The notes under the pieces: model-generated
What the model was told of the DNA's origin: nothing
Databases searched by the model: none
The model's input: the letters and a program-made list of their open reading frames with translations, nothing else
Translations under genes and position numbers: made by a program
Source: Candidatus Hodarchaeota archaeon
Lineage (GTDB): Archaea; Asgardarchaeota; Heimdallarchaeia; Hodarchaeales; Hodarchaeaceae
Direction: 5' to 3'
DNA length: 25,830 bases
Assembly: GCA_016839785.1 (NCBI GenBank)
Contig: JAEOTQ010000187.1
Span: 1 to 25,830 of the forward strand
Part shown: positions 1-8,091 of the stretch, in pieces
How the letters are laid out: each line of letters opens with the position of its first letter
Position numbering within the stretch: the first letter of the stretch is position 1

Positions 1-918
1 TATTCGAGCCTTTTCGGTAGTTAAATTTACTGTAACATTTTCAACCCCATTAGCACTGGTGAGCGCTTTTTCAACAGAACTAACACAACTAGCACAGGTC
101 ATACCTTCAATTATTAGATCTAATTGACTTATAGAGTCATCCGCTCTCTCTAGGTTCACTGCTCCATAACCAATACTCTCAACTTCAGTAATTATTTGTT
201 CTAGAGATATTTTATTTGAGTCATAAGTAATACTGGCTTTTTCGGTCATAAGATTAACATTGGCAGTATTTACTCCAACTGTTTGGTTCAATTTCTTTTC
301 TACAGATGCAACACAAGAAGCACAAGTCATTCCTGTTATTGATAGATCTGCACTATTTAGAGAAGTTGAATCATCTAACGATTTTTGTGCCTCGTTGGGT
401 GAAGAGTCGATTACCTCTTTCTCTTTAAACTCAGGGGGATTAGATAGATCATTGCCAACTCCTTCTCCTATAATCATAGGCTTTCCACAATGAGTTGGAA
501 GATCTTTTACACCACACGATGGCCCCATCCAGCATATTAATTGTTCTTTACCTTCAAGTGTCTCAATATGCATTGGTTGCTTACAATGCATAGGAATAAC
601 TTCAGTATAATCGCATTCTTGGCATTCAAGCCGAGATCCGATTTTTTCTTCAACTACCTCATTTAAGGTCGTTTTTTCTACTTTTATTTGGCTAGGATTA
701 CTATCTTCCTGATTATTATCTTGTATCTCCTCTAATAGCTCAATAATCTCCATAGGATTCCCATGATGCTCAGATAATTCTTGAACTCCACATGATGGAC
801 CCATCCAACAGACTAGCTGATTTTTCCCATCAACTGTTTCGATATGCATAGGTTTTCTACAATGCATTGGAACAGGTTCTGTGTAATCGCATTCTACGCA
901 CTTTAAGATTTGTGACAT
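1..918 (-). CDS. copA: 5' part of a heavy-metal (Cu+)-associated protein, probably CopA-type P1B ATPase; runs off the window edge
   Basis: Not in the ORF track. Manual translation from ATG at 918 gives an open frame to base 1: MSQILKCVEC..., two HMA domains with GMTCASCV (~311-333 and ~82-105), ending ...VNLTTEKARI. It lies divergent from a TRASH regulator. The ATPase core is outside the window, so copA is inferred. Confidence 0.8.
   Translation of the reverse strand, partial: MSQILKCVECDYTEPVPMHCRKPMHIETVDGKNQLVCWMGPSCGVQELSEHHGNPMEIIELLEEIQDNNQEDSNPSQIKVEKTTLNEVVEEKIGSRLECQECDYTEVIPMHCKQPMHIETLEGKEQLICWMGPSCGVKDLPTHCGKPMIIGEGVGNDLSNPPEFKEKEVIDSSPNEAQKSLDDSTSLNSADLSITGMTCASCVASVEKKLNQTVGVNTANVNLMTEKASITYDSNKISLEQIITEVESIGYGAVNLERADDSISQLDLIIEGMTCASCVSSVEKALTSANGVENVTVNLTTEKARI
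475..900 (-). repeat. Two 150-bp (50-aa) intragenic repeats encoding Cys/His/Met-rich units
   Basis: 751-900 encodes CVECDYTEPVPMHCRKPMHIETVDGKNQLVCWMGPSCGVQELSEHHGNPM; 475-624 encodes CQECDYTEVIPMHCKQPMHIETLEGKEQLICWMGPSCGVKDLPTHCGKPM; 35/50 residues identical by hand count. Confidence 0.95.
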
Positions 919-960
919 TTTTCTATCGCCTAATTATATTATTGATTTTTATGGAATGAG

Positions 961-970
961 GATTTAAAGG
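961..970 (-). promoter_or_regulatory. Candidate TATA box for copA
   Basis: Minus strand reads CCTTTAAATC about 45 bp upstream of the ATG at 918. Confidence 0.35.
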
Positions 971-1141
971 TAAATTAATTCAAATAAATAGGAAAATTTG
1001 CATTGACTCCTTATTCAAGTCCTCTTACTCATATAATTCCAATCGATATTATCCTTAAAGAATCACGCACTTAAAAATTAAAGGACGAGAAGTGTTCTGA
1101 TTAACAAAGACAGATTATAGATTTCGGTTAATATAAGGGAG

Positions 1142-1169
1142 GAAAATCATTTTTCGAAAATACATTTTC
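1142..1169. promoter_or_regulatory. Tandem palindromes, candidate operator
   Basis: GAAAA-TCAT-TTTTC (1142-1155) directly followed by GAAAA-TACA-TTTTC (1156-1169), in the divergent copA/regulator gap. Confidence 0.35.
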
Positions 1170-1271
1170 TAGAACTAAGCTAGTCAATTTAATCTTCACT
1201 TTAAAATTTCAATATATAGTCTAAAGGAAAGTAACTTAGTTCAAAACTACCAATTTAGTTGAAGTGTAACA

Positions 1272-1886
1272 ATGCCATTAATAGACCTAGATACTTCTGA
1301 TTTAACAATATTAAATCAATTAAATGAAAACGGACGAGTGACCTATTCCCAATTAGCAAAGAAGTTAATGCTTACTGTTCCTACTGTGAAATCTCGCATT
1401 GATAAATTGCTTAAGATGGGTGTAATAAATCATTTCGGGACTTACTTGAACCCTCATAAGTTAACAGGAGATCCTTCTGCTCTTTTCTATTTTCAGGTCA
1501 ATAAAGAGGATGTTCAATCATTTCTTGAGCATTTACATTCCTTAGAAGAAATTAAATCAGTTTTTGAAGTTCTAGATCCATTTAATATACTCGTCATCAC
1601 ACAATTTCAACCTTTAAATATGATACAAATTCTCTATCAAAAACTCCAAGCTCAAAGTTTTATTAAAAACTCACATATTCAGATTGTAATGAAGGAAGTG
1701 TTCTCCAAACCCCACCGAATCCCTCAACACGAGACAATTCTTAATCTAAAATGTGAGTATTGCGGAAAAAAAATCTCAGAAGATTATGAGTCAATAAAAA
1801 TTAAAGAAACTCGTCATTTTTTCTGTTGCCCTATCTGTTTGCGGAATTATACGAAATGGTTAAAGGATCAGAAAACACATGAATGA
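1272..1886 (+). CDS. Lrp/AsnC-family transcription regulator with C-terminal TRASH metal-binding domain (CopR/CopT-like)
   Basis: N-terminal wHTH (DLTILNQLNENGRVTYSQLAKKL...TVKSRIDKLLKMGVI), central RAM-like domain, C-terminal CEYCGKKI...FFCCPIC; divergent from copA. Confidence 0.88.
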   Translation: MPLIDLDTSDLTILNQLNENGRVTYSQLAKKLMLTVPTVKSRIDKLLKMGVINHFGTYLNPHKLTGDPSALFYFQVNKEDVQSFLEHLHSLEEIKSVFEVLDPFNILVITQFQPLNMIQILYQKLQAQSFIKNSHIQIVMKEVFSKPHRIPQHETILNLKCEYCGKKISEDYESIKIKETRHFFCCPICLRNYTKWLKDQKTHE

Positions 1887-1912
1887 TTTTGAGGTCATTT
1901 CTGTTTAAATAT

Positions 1913-3076
1913 TCATAACCCTGCGTTTTCTTTTAAGAGGGGAGCGATATCAGTTTTTTCCCATGTGAAATCTGGATCTTCTCTCCCAAAATGACCATAA
2001 GCAGCAGTTTTTGTGTAAATTGGCCGTTTAAGATCTAATCTTTGTATGATCATTCCAGGTCGAAAATCGAAATGCGATTTAATGAGATCCAGAATTATCT
2101 TTTCAGGAATTCTGTTTGTTCCATTGGTCTCAAGATATATGGATAATGGTTTAGAGATTCCTATTGCATACGAAATTTGTATTTCACACTTTTCTGCTAA
2201 TCCTGCTGCTACAACATTTTTTGCAGCCCATCGAGCAGCATATGATCCAGATCGATCAACTTTTGAGGGATCTTTTCCAGAAAAACATCCACCACCATGC
2301 GAGCCCACTCCACCATAAGTATCTACAATTATTTTTCTCCCAGTAAGCCCAGTATCGCCATGAGGGCCTCCGATCACAAACCTTCCTGTTTCATTTACAA
2401 AGAATTCAGTATTTTCTGAAAGATACACGGAAGGAATTACAGGCCTTATGACATTCTCAATTATCTCTTCTTTAATTTGCGAATGGGTTACATCCTCTGA
2501 ATGTTGGGCGGCAATGACAACAGATTTTACTGCAATGGGTGTATTACCTTTGTATTCAACAGTTACCTGAGATTTTCCATCAGGTCGTAACCAATTAATA
2601 CTTCCATTCTTCCGTACTTCCGCTAGCCGATTGGTAAGGTTATGTGCTAACGTAATCGGTAAAGGCATAAAGGATTTAGTTTCTGCGCAGGCATACCCGA
2701 ACATCATTCCTTGGTCACCTGCTCCTTGTTCTTCAGGAGTGGGCCGTTTTATTCCCTGTGCTATATCAGAACTTTGTTCATGTATTGCATTAAGAACAGC
2801 TACACTATTGTAATCAAAACCCATTTCTGAATTTAAATATCCAATTTCCTTGATTTTTTGACGAACTACTTTTTGAATATCTACATATGTATCAGTGGAA
2901 ATTTCACCACCAACAAGGGCCATACCAGTTGTAAGATAAGTTTCACAAGCAACGTGGGCATCAGGATCTTTAGTTAATATTGCGTCAAGGATGGCATCCG
3001 ATATTGCATCAGCCATTTTATCAGGGTGCCCTTCAGTCACTGATTCAGATGTAAAAAGATGTTCCGTTTGAACCAT
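1913..3076 (-). CDS. metK: S-adenosylmethionine synthetase, bacterial/eukaryotic type
   Basis: Motifs [65 protein letters not shown]. Start placed at ATG 3076 (MVQTEHLF) rather than the track's 3100. Confidence 0.97.
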   Translation of the reverse strand: MVQTEHLFTSESVTEGHPDKMADAISDAILDAILTKDPDAHVACETYLTTGMALVGGEISTDTYVDIQKVVRQKIKEIGYLNSEMGFDYNSVAVLNAIHEQSSDIAQGIKRPTPEEQGAGDQGMMFGYACAETKSFMPLPITLAHNLTNRLAEVRKNGSINWLRPDGKSQVTVEYKGNTPIAVKSVVIAAQHSEDVTHSQIKEEIIENVIRPVIPSVYLSENTEFFVNETGRFVIGGPHGDTGLTGRKIIVDTYGGVGSHGGGCFSGKDPSKVDRSGSYAARWAAKNVVAAGLAEKCEIQISYAIGISKPLSIYLETNGTNRIPEKIILDLIKSHFDFRPGMIIQRLDLKRPIYTKTAAYGHFGREDPDFTWEKTDIAPLLKENAGL

Positions 3077-3284
3077 TCTATAAACCTTCCATATCCTCAC
3101 AATTCCGTGTTTTAATTTCTGGAATGATGAGTAATCACTGGGACAGATGAGAAAGGGTTTTTTACTTAAGAGTAGTGTTCTTTATCTCGCTATGCACCAC
3201 AAAGGGTACGGAGGGTTTGTTACTACAACGGGTAGCACATAAGATTTAATCAGGTAGAATTTGTATCCGAGTACGAAAGTGGCT

Positions 3285-4082
3285 TTATTTAGTTATATGA
3301 CTTCTACACGAACATGATTTATCAATGGGAATGAGTTTTATCACATCATTCAGAATTTTTTTGAGTTCAGACGCTCTTTGGTTAAATAGGTCTATAACTT
3401 CTTGATGATTTACCACTTTTTGAAGCCCTGCAGCAAAATTGGTCACTAAAGCTATTGAGCTGTAACATATACCGAGTTCACGACAAAGAATAGCTTCAGA
3501 AGAATTGGTCATACCCACCACATCTGCACCCATTGATTGAAGAGCCTTAATCTCTGCAGGAGTTTCAAATCTCGGACCTGCGGCGCAATAATACGTACCA
3601 GTTAATCGAGAGTGTGAAAACTTAGAAATAACTTCAGAAATATGGTGACGTAAATCTGTACAGTACGGATCAGTCATATCAGTATGAATAACACCCGATA
3701 GTTCGTTCCCATCTGGAAATTTTACACTAAAATCGTCTTCAAAAAAGGTTATAGGACGAATAAAATCAATAAATTGATCCAATAGTACATAACTACCAGG
3801 ATTGATTTTGGTTTGAACACTGCCTACTGCACTTGTTGATAGCACTCTAGAAACGGAAAGGAGGTGCAACGCATATATATTTGCTTTAAAATTAATTCGG
3901 TGGGGTGGAATTGAATGGCCCTTCCCATGCCGGGGCAAGAAATACACATCACGATTCTCTATCACGGAATGATAAAGGAGAATTGCCTCGTTACTAAATG
4001 GAGTTTCCACAGATTTTTCTTGAGGTGAAGGTAAAAAATCATAGAAACCCGACCCACCTATGATACAGAGTGCTTCATTCAT
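3285..4082 (-). CDS. mtnP: MTAP-family purine nucleoside phosphorylase, likely 6-oxopurine/methylthioinosine-preferring
   Basis: IIGGSG, PRHGKGH-x-IPPH-x-IN-x-x-ANI, SAVGS, GPRFETPAEI, DVVGMT; the base-specificity segment is VTNFAAG rather than VTDYD. Confidence 0.9.
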   Translation of the reverse strand: MNEALCIIGGSGFYDFLPSPQEKSVETPFSNEAILLYHSVIENRDVYFLPRHGKGHSIPPHRINFKANIYALHLLSVSRVLSTSAVGSVQTKINPGSYVLLDQFIDFIRPITFFEDDFSVKFPDGNELSGVIHTDMTDPYCTDLRHHISEVISKFSHSRLTGTYYCAAGPRFETPAEIKALQSMGADVVGMTNSSEAILCRELGICYSSIALVTNFAAGLQKVVNHQEVIDLFNQRASELKKILNDVIKLIPIDKSCSCRSHITK

Positions 4083-4117
4083 TCTAATTCATCCTATCAG
4101 GTTAAAGATCAGTTTGA

Positions 4118-5245
4118 TTACCTAGATCTTTTTTTCTTTGCTAAAATTGGTAAAACAATTAAAATTACCATTAATAAAGAAAAACTAGGAGTATTTGATG
4201 CAAGTTTTATGTCTGTTGGAATAACGAGGTCACCTTCTACAATTTCCTCTTTCAATTCAACAATGGTTTTATTCACTGTAAAGGGATCAGACCAGCCATT
4301 AGGATAATAAATATTATCGCTAATACCAAATGTAGCTGAAATACCGCCGAAAAATCCTTGACTATCATTGAAAGATCTGAAAATCTCTGTCAAAACACGA
4401 GTATTGTTTTTCATAACGCTCATAGATTGATTCAGATCCACACAAACCACATTCCCACTTGTGAATGAGTTTACCATAGTCAGAGTATTATTGGCCTGAA
4501 GAGCAGCAAATACTAACTTGATATCTTGATTTTCGAATTCCGTACCTATTACTCGGACTTTTTCTTGATCAATCCAGGTATCAAGATAAGATATCGTTAT
4601 ATCTACATTGGTAGTATTTCTAAAGATCGCACTTTGAAATCCAGCAATCAATTGTCGAGTCCGCGCATCACCTTTCCAAAATCCAACAATTCCAATCTTA
4701 GATGGTAAAGGGTAATATTCCGTGACTGCTAATGCTCCCACTAGGAATGCTTGTTCATTTTCTTTAAAACTTACGACGAAAAGATTCTCAGGGATGCTTC
4801 CACCATCAAAAGAAGGAAATTCTCCTGACAAATCATAAAACAGAAAATCAGTTTCAGGATATGTAGAAACATCAAATGATCGCCTCAATTCGTATCCAAT
4901 GACAACAAATAAATCGTATTGATTAGTTTGAATTAAAGTCTCAATAAGCTGAGTATGATTAGTTATCGAACCGTTGTAAATATAAGAAATTTCATATGGA
5001 TCTGCATTGACAAGAGTATATTCTGTGAGCTGAAAGACGTCATAATCCACCTGATAAGTCCGATTAATGTACCTAAATCCATTGAGAATGTCATCGGTAT
5101 ACGAAGAATGATAGAATTCAGGTGAATCTATTATCACAGCAACTTTTTGAAGGGGTTCGTTCACTGAAGCATTATTTGCTTCAGGTGGTTGAATATTAAG
5201 TATGAAGAAAAACAACACAAATAGAGTAACAACTTGTTTTTTCAT
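4118..5245 (-). CDS. BMP/PnrA-family solute-binding surface protein with C-terminal sorting anchor
   Basis: Hydrophobic N-terminal signal; BMP-like segments YDLFVVIGY, YPETDFLFYD, VSFKENEQAFLVGALA, KIGIVG; C-terminus TPSF + hydrophobic helix + KKKRSR. Confidence 0.75.
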   Translation of the reverse strand: MKKQVVTLFVLFFFILNIQPPEANNASVNEPLQKVAVIIDSPEFYHSSYTDDILNGFRYINRTYQVDYDVFQLTEYTLVNADPYEISYIYNGSITNHTQLIETLIQTNQYDLFVVIGYELRRSFDVSTYPETDFLFYDLSGEFPSFDGGSIPENLFVVSFKENEQAFLVGALAVTEYYPLPSKIGIVGFWKGDARTRQLIAGFQSAIFRNTTNVDITISYLDTWIDQEKVRVIGTEFENQDIKLVFAALQANNTLTMVNSFTSGNVVCVDLNQSMSVMKNNTRVLTEIFRSFNDSQGFFGGISATFGISDNIYYPNGWSDPFTVNKTIVELKEEIVEGDLVIPTDIKLASNTPSFSLLMVILIVLPILAKKKRSR

Positions 5246-5369
5246 TGTGAGACCTCATGAAGATTAATGAAAGATTTTCATTTTTGAATCATTTATGCCT
5301 TTCGATTTGATCGGGAAATATATTTTCTTGGAATCCTAGATTTGAAGGATAAGTGGTTCTCACGATTAG

Positions 5370-6665
5370 CTATTTAGCATAGTTTTTCTGACTCAAGATT
5401 TTTCTAACGACTTGATGAGTGCCATATGCTACACCCTCAGTCATAAACCAACCTGCATTACCTTTAAAACCGTCTCCTACAAAATTCAAGTTCGGAAATA
5501 CCTCGGAGAAATTTTTATTATCTGCTCCTTGCATTGTATTATTCACTGGCCAATCCCGATGGAAAGTATGCACACATAATTCATCTTCCTCCTGAAGAGA
5601 GGGAAATAGTTCAAAAATCTCATCCCTTGCGTGTTTTGTAGCAGTCACTATATTCTTGGATCCAAAAATCTGGTGAGTCAGAAAGAGATGATATCCTTTT
5701 GGTGCTAATTCTGGGGAGATTAAAGTGGGTTCTACAGCTCCTTTTACAAAATTACAATCAGGAAATTGCGCCACAGTAGATTTTTTTAATAAAGAAGCTT
5801 TTGATTTGAAAGCAAATCCTCCTCCCTTTGCAACAGGTGATGAAGGTAAACGAAAATCAAATTTACTTGTGTCTAGAATAGTGTTGATTTGATTGACACC
5901 TAAATTTAGAACAAACTCCTTTGCTTTTACCTCGGTTAATTCATTTGTTCGTGTATTACGAACAACTCCTGCAGTTATTTCAGAACCATTGTTTTCTAGT
6001 GAAATGAGTTCGTGATTTTTATGCAGAATCACGTCATTTCTCTGTGAGAAGCTGATTAAGTTGTCAACTACCCGTTTACAACCTCCAATAGGTACACCCG
6101 CTTTTCCACTCTTGAATAGACGATCTAAGAATTGATACATTGTAGAAACGGTCATTTCTGAGATATCTAAACTTAGTGCGAACCCTGTAACGGCATTGAA
6201 GAACTTGAAGATTTGGGGATCATCAGTTTTTGACGACAGAAACTCATGAAATGTTATTGACTTATTAGGAACCTGATCACGAGTTAATAGTAGCTTCCTA
6301 AACATGAAATACCTTTGCTTCCAGCTTGGAAAGGCACGAAAGATACCCCAGAATCTTCTATGACTTATTGGATTACGGTTGGTCCAATACCATGTAGTAA
6401 AATTATGTGTATCCACAATTTTTACAGGTAAGGTCAAATCTTTTAAGAGTGTTTGACCGAGGATTCCTCTATGAGAATGTGGTATCATATGAACAGCGCC
6501 AGAAGGAATCTCAAACCCATCGAGCTTATGTGTTGTAAATCGCCCACCAAAAAAAGGCAAACGTTCTAACAGATAAACAGATTTTCCCTGTTGAGACAAT
6601 AGTGCCGCAGTTAGTAATCCTCCGAGACCACCTCCAGCAATTACTGCATCGTATTTATGAATCAT
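5370..6665 (-). CDS. FAD-dependent oxidoreductase, phytoene-desaturase-like archaeal family
   Basis: YDAVIAGGGLGGL Rossmann motif, ER-x4-GGRFT, GAVHMIPH, C-terminal VGDG...EG. Start likely ATG 6665, overlapping the ferredoxin stop (TGATG) with GGAGGG upstream. Confidence 0.85.
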   Translation of the reverse strand: MIHKYDAVIAGGGLGGLLTAALLSQQGKSVYLLERLPFFGGRFTTHKLDGFEIPSGAVHMIPHSHRGILGQTLLKDLTLPVKIVDTHNFTTWYWTNRNPISHRRFWGIFRAFPSWKQRYFMFRKLLLTRDQVPNKSITFHEFLSSKTDDPQIFKFFNAVTGFALSLDISEMTVSTMYQFLDRLFKSGKAGVPIGGCKRVVDNLISFSQRNDVILHKNHELISLENNGSEITAGVVRNTRTNELTEVKAKEFVLNLGVNQINTILDTSKFDFRLPSSPVAKGGGFAFKSKASLLKKSTVAQFPDCNFVKGAVEPTLISPELAPKGYHLFLTHQIFGSKNIVTATKHARDEIFELFPSLQEEDELCVHTFHRDWPVNNTMQGADNKNFSEVFPNLNFVGDGFKGNAGWFMTEGVAYGTHQVVRKILSQKNYAK

Positions 6666-6853
6666 CACGAATCCCTCCATGTTGCACGTATTGCATTTAC
6701 TGGACAATTATTGATACAACGACGACATTTATTGCACTTATTTAAAAAATGTGATAACCCTTCAACTTTAAATCCTCTAACAGGACAGATAAGTTCACAA
6801 TAGGCGCAACCTACACATACCTCAATATCAATTTCGATGATTTCTATCACCAA
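6665..6853 (-). CDS. 2[4Fe-4S] ferredoxin
   Basis: CVGCAYCELICP and CNKCRRCINNCP; translationally coupled to the oxidoreductase. Confidence 0.92.
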   Translation of the reverse strand: MVIEIIEIDIEVCVGCAYCELICPVRGFKVEGLSHFLNKCNKCRRCINNCPVNAIRATWRDS

Positions 6854-7126
6854 TATTAATTTTGACTTTTTAAACTACAGAATTCCTTATTAAAATCTAT
6901 TTATAGTTACTTCTATGCTAAAGCTCTAAATCGGCCAATTCTGTAACAATAAATTGGATACCCCAAGTTTACCCTTATACAAAACTGATAAACTATTTTT
7001 TACCTTCTAATACCCATGAAATAGTCAAAATTACTTGTTAAATTCGAAATATTTATTTAACTTCTAAATGAAAACCCAATAGTAAGTATTTAAGTCATAA
7101 AAAAGTCCGGTTTTAACGAGGTATGA

Positions 7127-7960
7127 GTGGTAAAAATGGCGTCGAAATTAAGTGTTCTTGGAATCGGTTTAGCAATTATTGGAATTCTAGTCTTTTCATT
7201 ATTTAATATTGTATGGATCGTTTTTCCGCCTTTTGGGGGAAGAACATCGGACGTTACTAACGAAGTGACAATTTCTGCTGGTACATCCGATGGTGAAGCC
7301 TTAGTAGGTACTGTACCCGCATCTCCGTTAATGTTAAATCTAAAGGTTGTTTTCATCTTCTCTGCAGATAATGCTTACTCATGTGATTTTCAATTATTTC
7401 TAAAAAATGACAATTACCCGCACCCTGGAGCGGCTCTTGAAGGTACACTCAGAAGCTACGATAAACCAGACGGAACATCTGGTAAACAAATTTCTCTGTC
7501 ATTTTTTGATCCTTTGTCCATAGGAGAGTCATTTGATATTTATATCAAAGTTAATAACTATGGATCCTCAACAATCAGAATTTTGACTCGTCGTGTTGTG
7601 GTGGTTCAATTCCTAGGAGTTCTTACACCGATTCTACTCTTGTTAAGTGGAGCTATTGTAGCTGTGGTAGGTTTAAGACAAGGAAAAGCACCAAAGCCGA
7701 AACGTAGAAAAGCTACTCCAGCCAGTGGATGGGAACCCACTCTCCAATGGGGTGGTGGATCGAGTGGAGCCAAACCCAGTACCAATAAGAAAAGACCAAA
7801 AATGGCTATTTCCTCAACAAAACCAAAATCTTCTCAAAAGAAGACTGTTGTGAAAAAAGCAGTGCCGAAAGGAGGAGCCCAAGCTGGATGTAAGTTTTGT
7901 GGAAAATCAGTCCCCAGCAATGCGTTCTTCTGCCCACATTGTTATGGAAAATTACGATAG
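7127..7960 (+). CDS. Two-TM membrane protein with Lys-rich tail and C-terminal zinc ribbon
   Basis: Hydrophobic segments at the N-terminus and ~aa 158-183, beta-rich loop between them, CKFC-x10-CPHC at the end. Start may be ATG 7136. Confidence 0.75.
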   Translation: MVKMASKLSVLGIGLAIIGILVFSLFNIVWIVFPPFGGRTSDVTNEVTISAGTSDGEALVGTVPASPLMLNLKVVFIFSADNAYSCDFQLFLKNDNYPHPGAALEGTLRSYDKPDGTSGKQISLSFFDPLSIGESFDIYIKVNNYGSSTIRILTRRVVVVQFLGVLTPILLLLSGAIVAVVGLRQGKAPKPKRRKATPASGWEPTLQWGGGSSGAKPSTNKKRPKMAISSTKPKSSQKKTVVKKAVPKGGAQAGCKFCGKSVPSNAFFCPHCYGKLR

Positions 7961-7974
7961 AGCGCAAATACAGC

Positions 7975-7995
7975 CCTCTCCCTTTTTTTTCTTTC
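7975..7995 (+). terminator. Pyrimidine/oligo-T archaeal terminator candidate
   Basis: CCTCTCCCTTTTTTTTCTTTC shortly after the 7960 stop. Confidence 0.45.
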
Positions 7996-8091
7996 AAGTC
8001 TAACCCTTGTACCATTTTCTTGAAGAGAGAAGTATTAATTTCTCTAGAAGAAAATCACCTATCTTGTTGAAAGGACTCAATGGATTGATGT

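Noticed and set aside
260-493. 77-aa plus-strand ORF
   Set aside because: Antisense shadow of the copA-like frame, which has clear HMA motifs.
2046-2813. Three short plus-strand ORFs
   Set aside because: Antisense to metK; no recognisable motifs.
3121-3170. Possible C/D box sRNA (ATGATGA at 3124-3130)
   Set aside because: No canonical CTGA D box at a suitable spacing; D'/C' assignments are forced.
3077-3284. Canonical SAM-I or SMK riboswitch before metK
   Set aside because: Conserved cores are not found on the sense strand; only a generic stem is reported.
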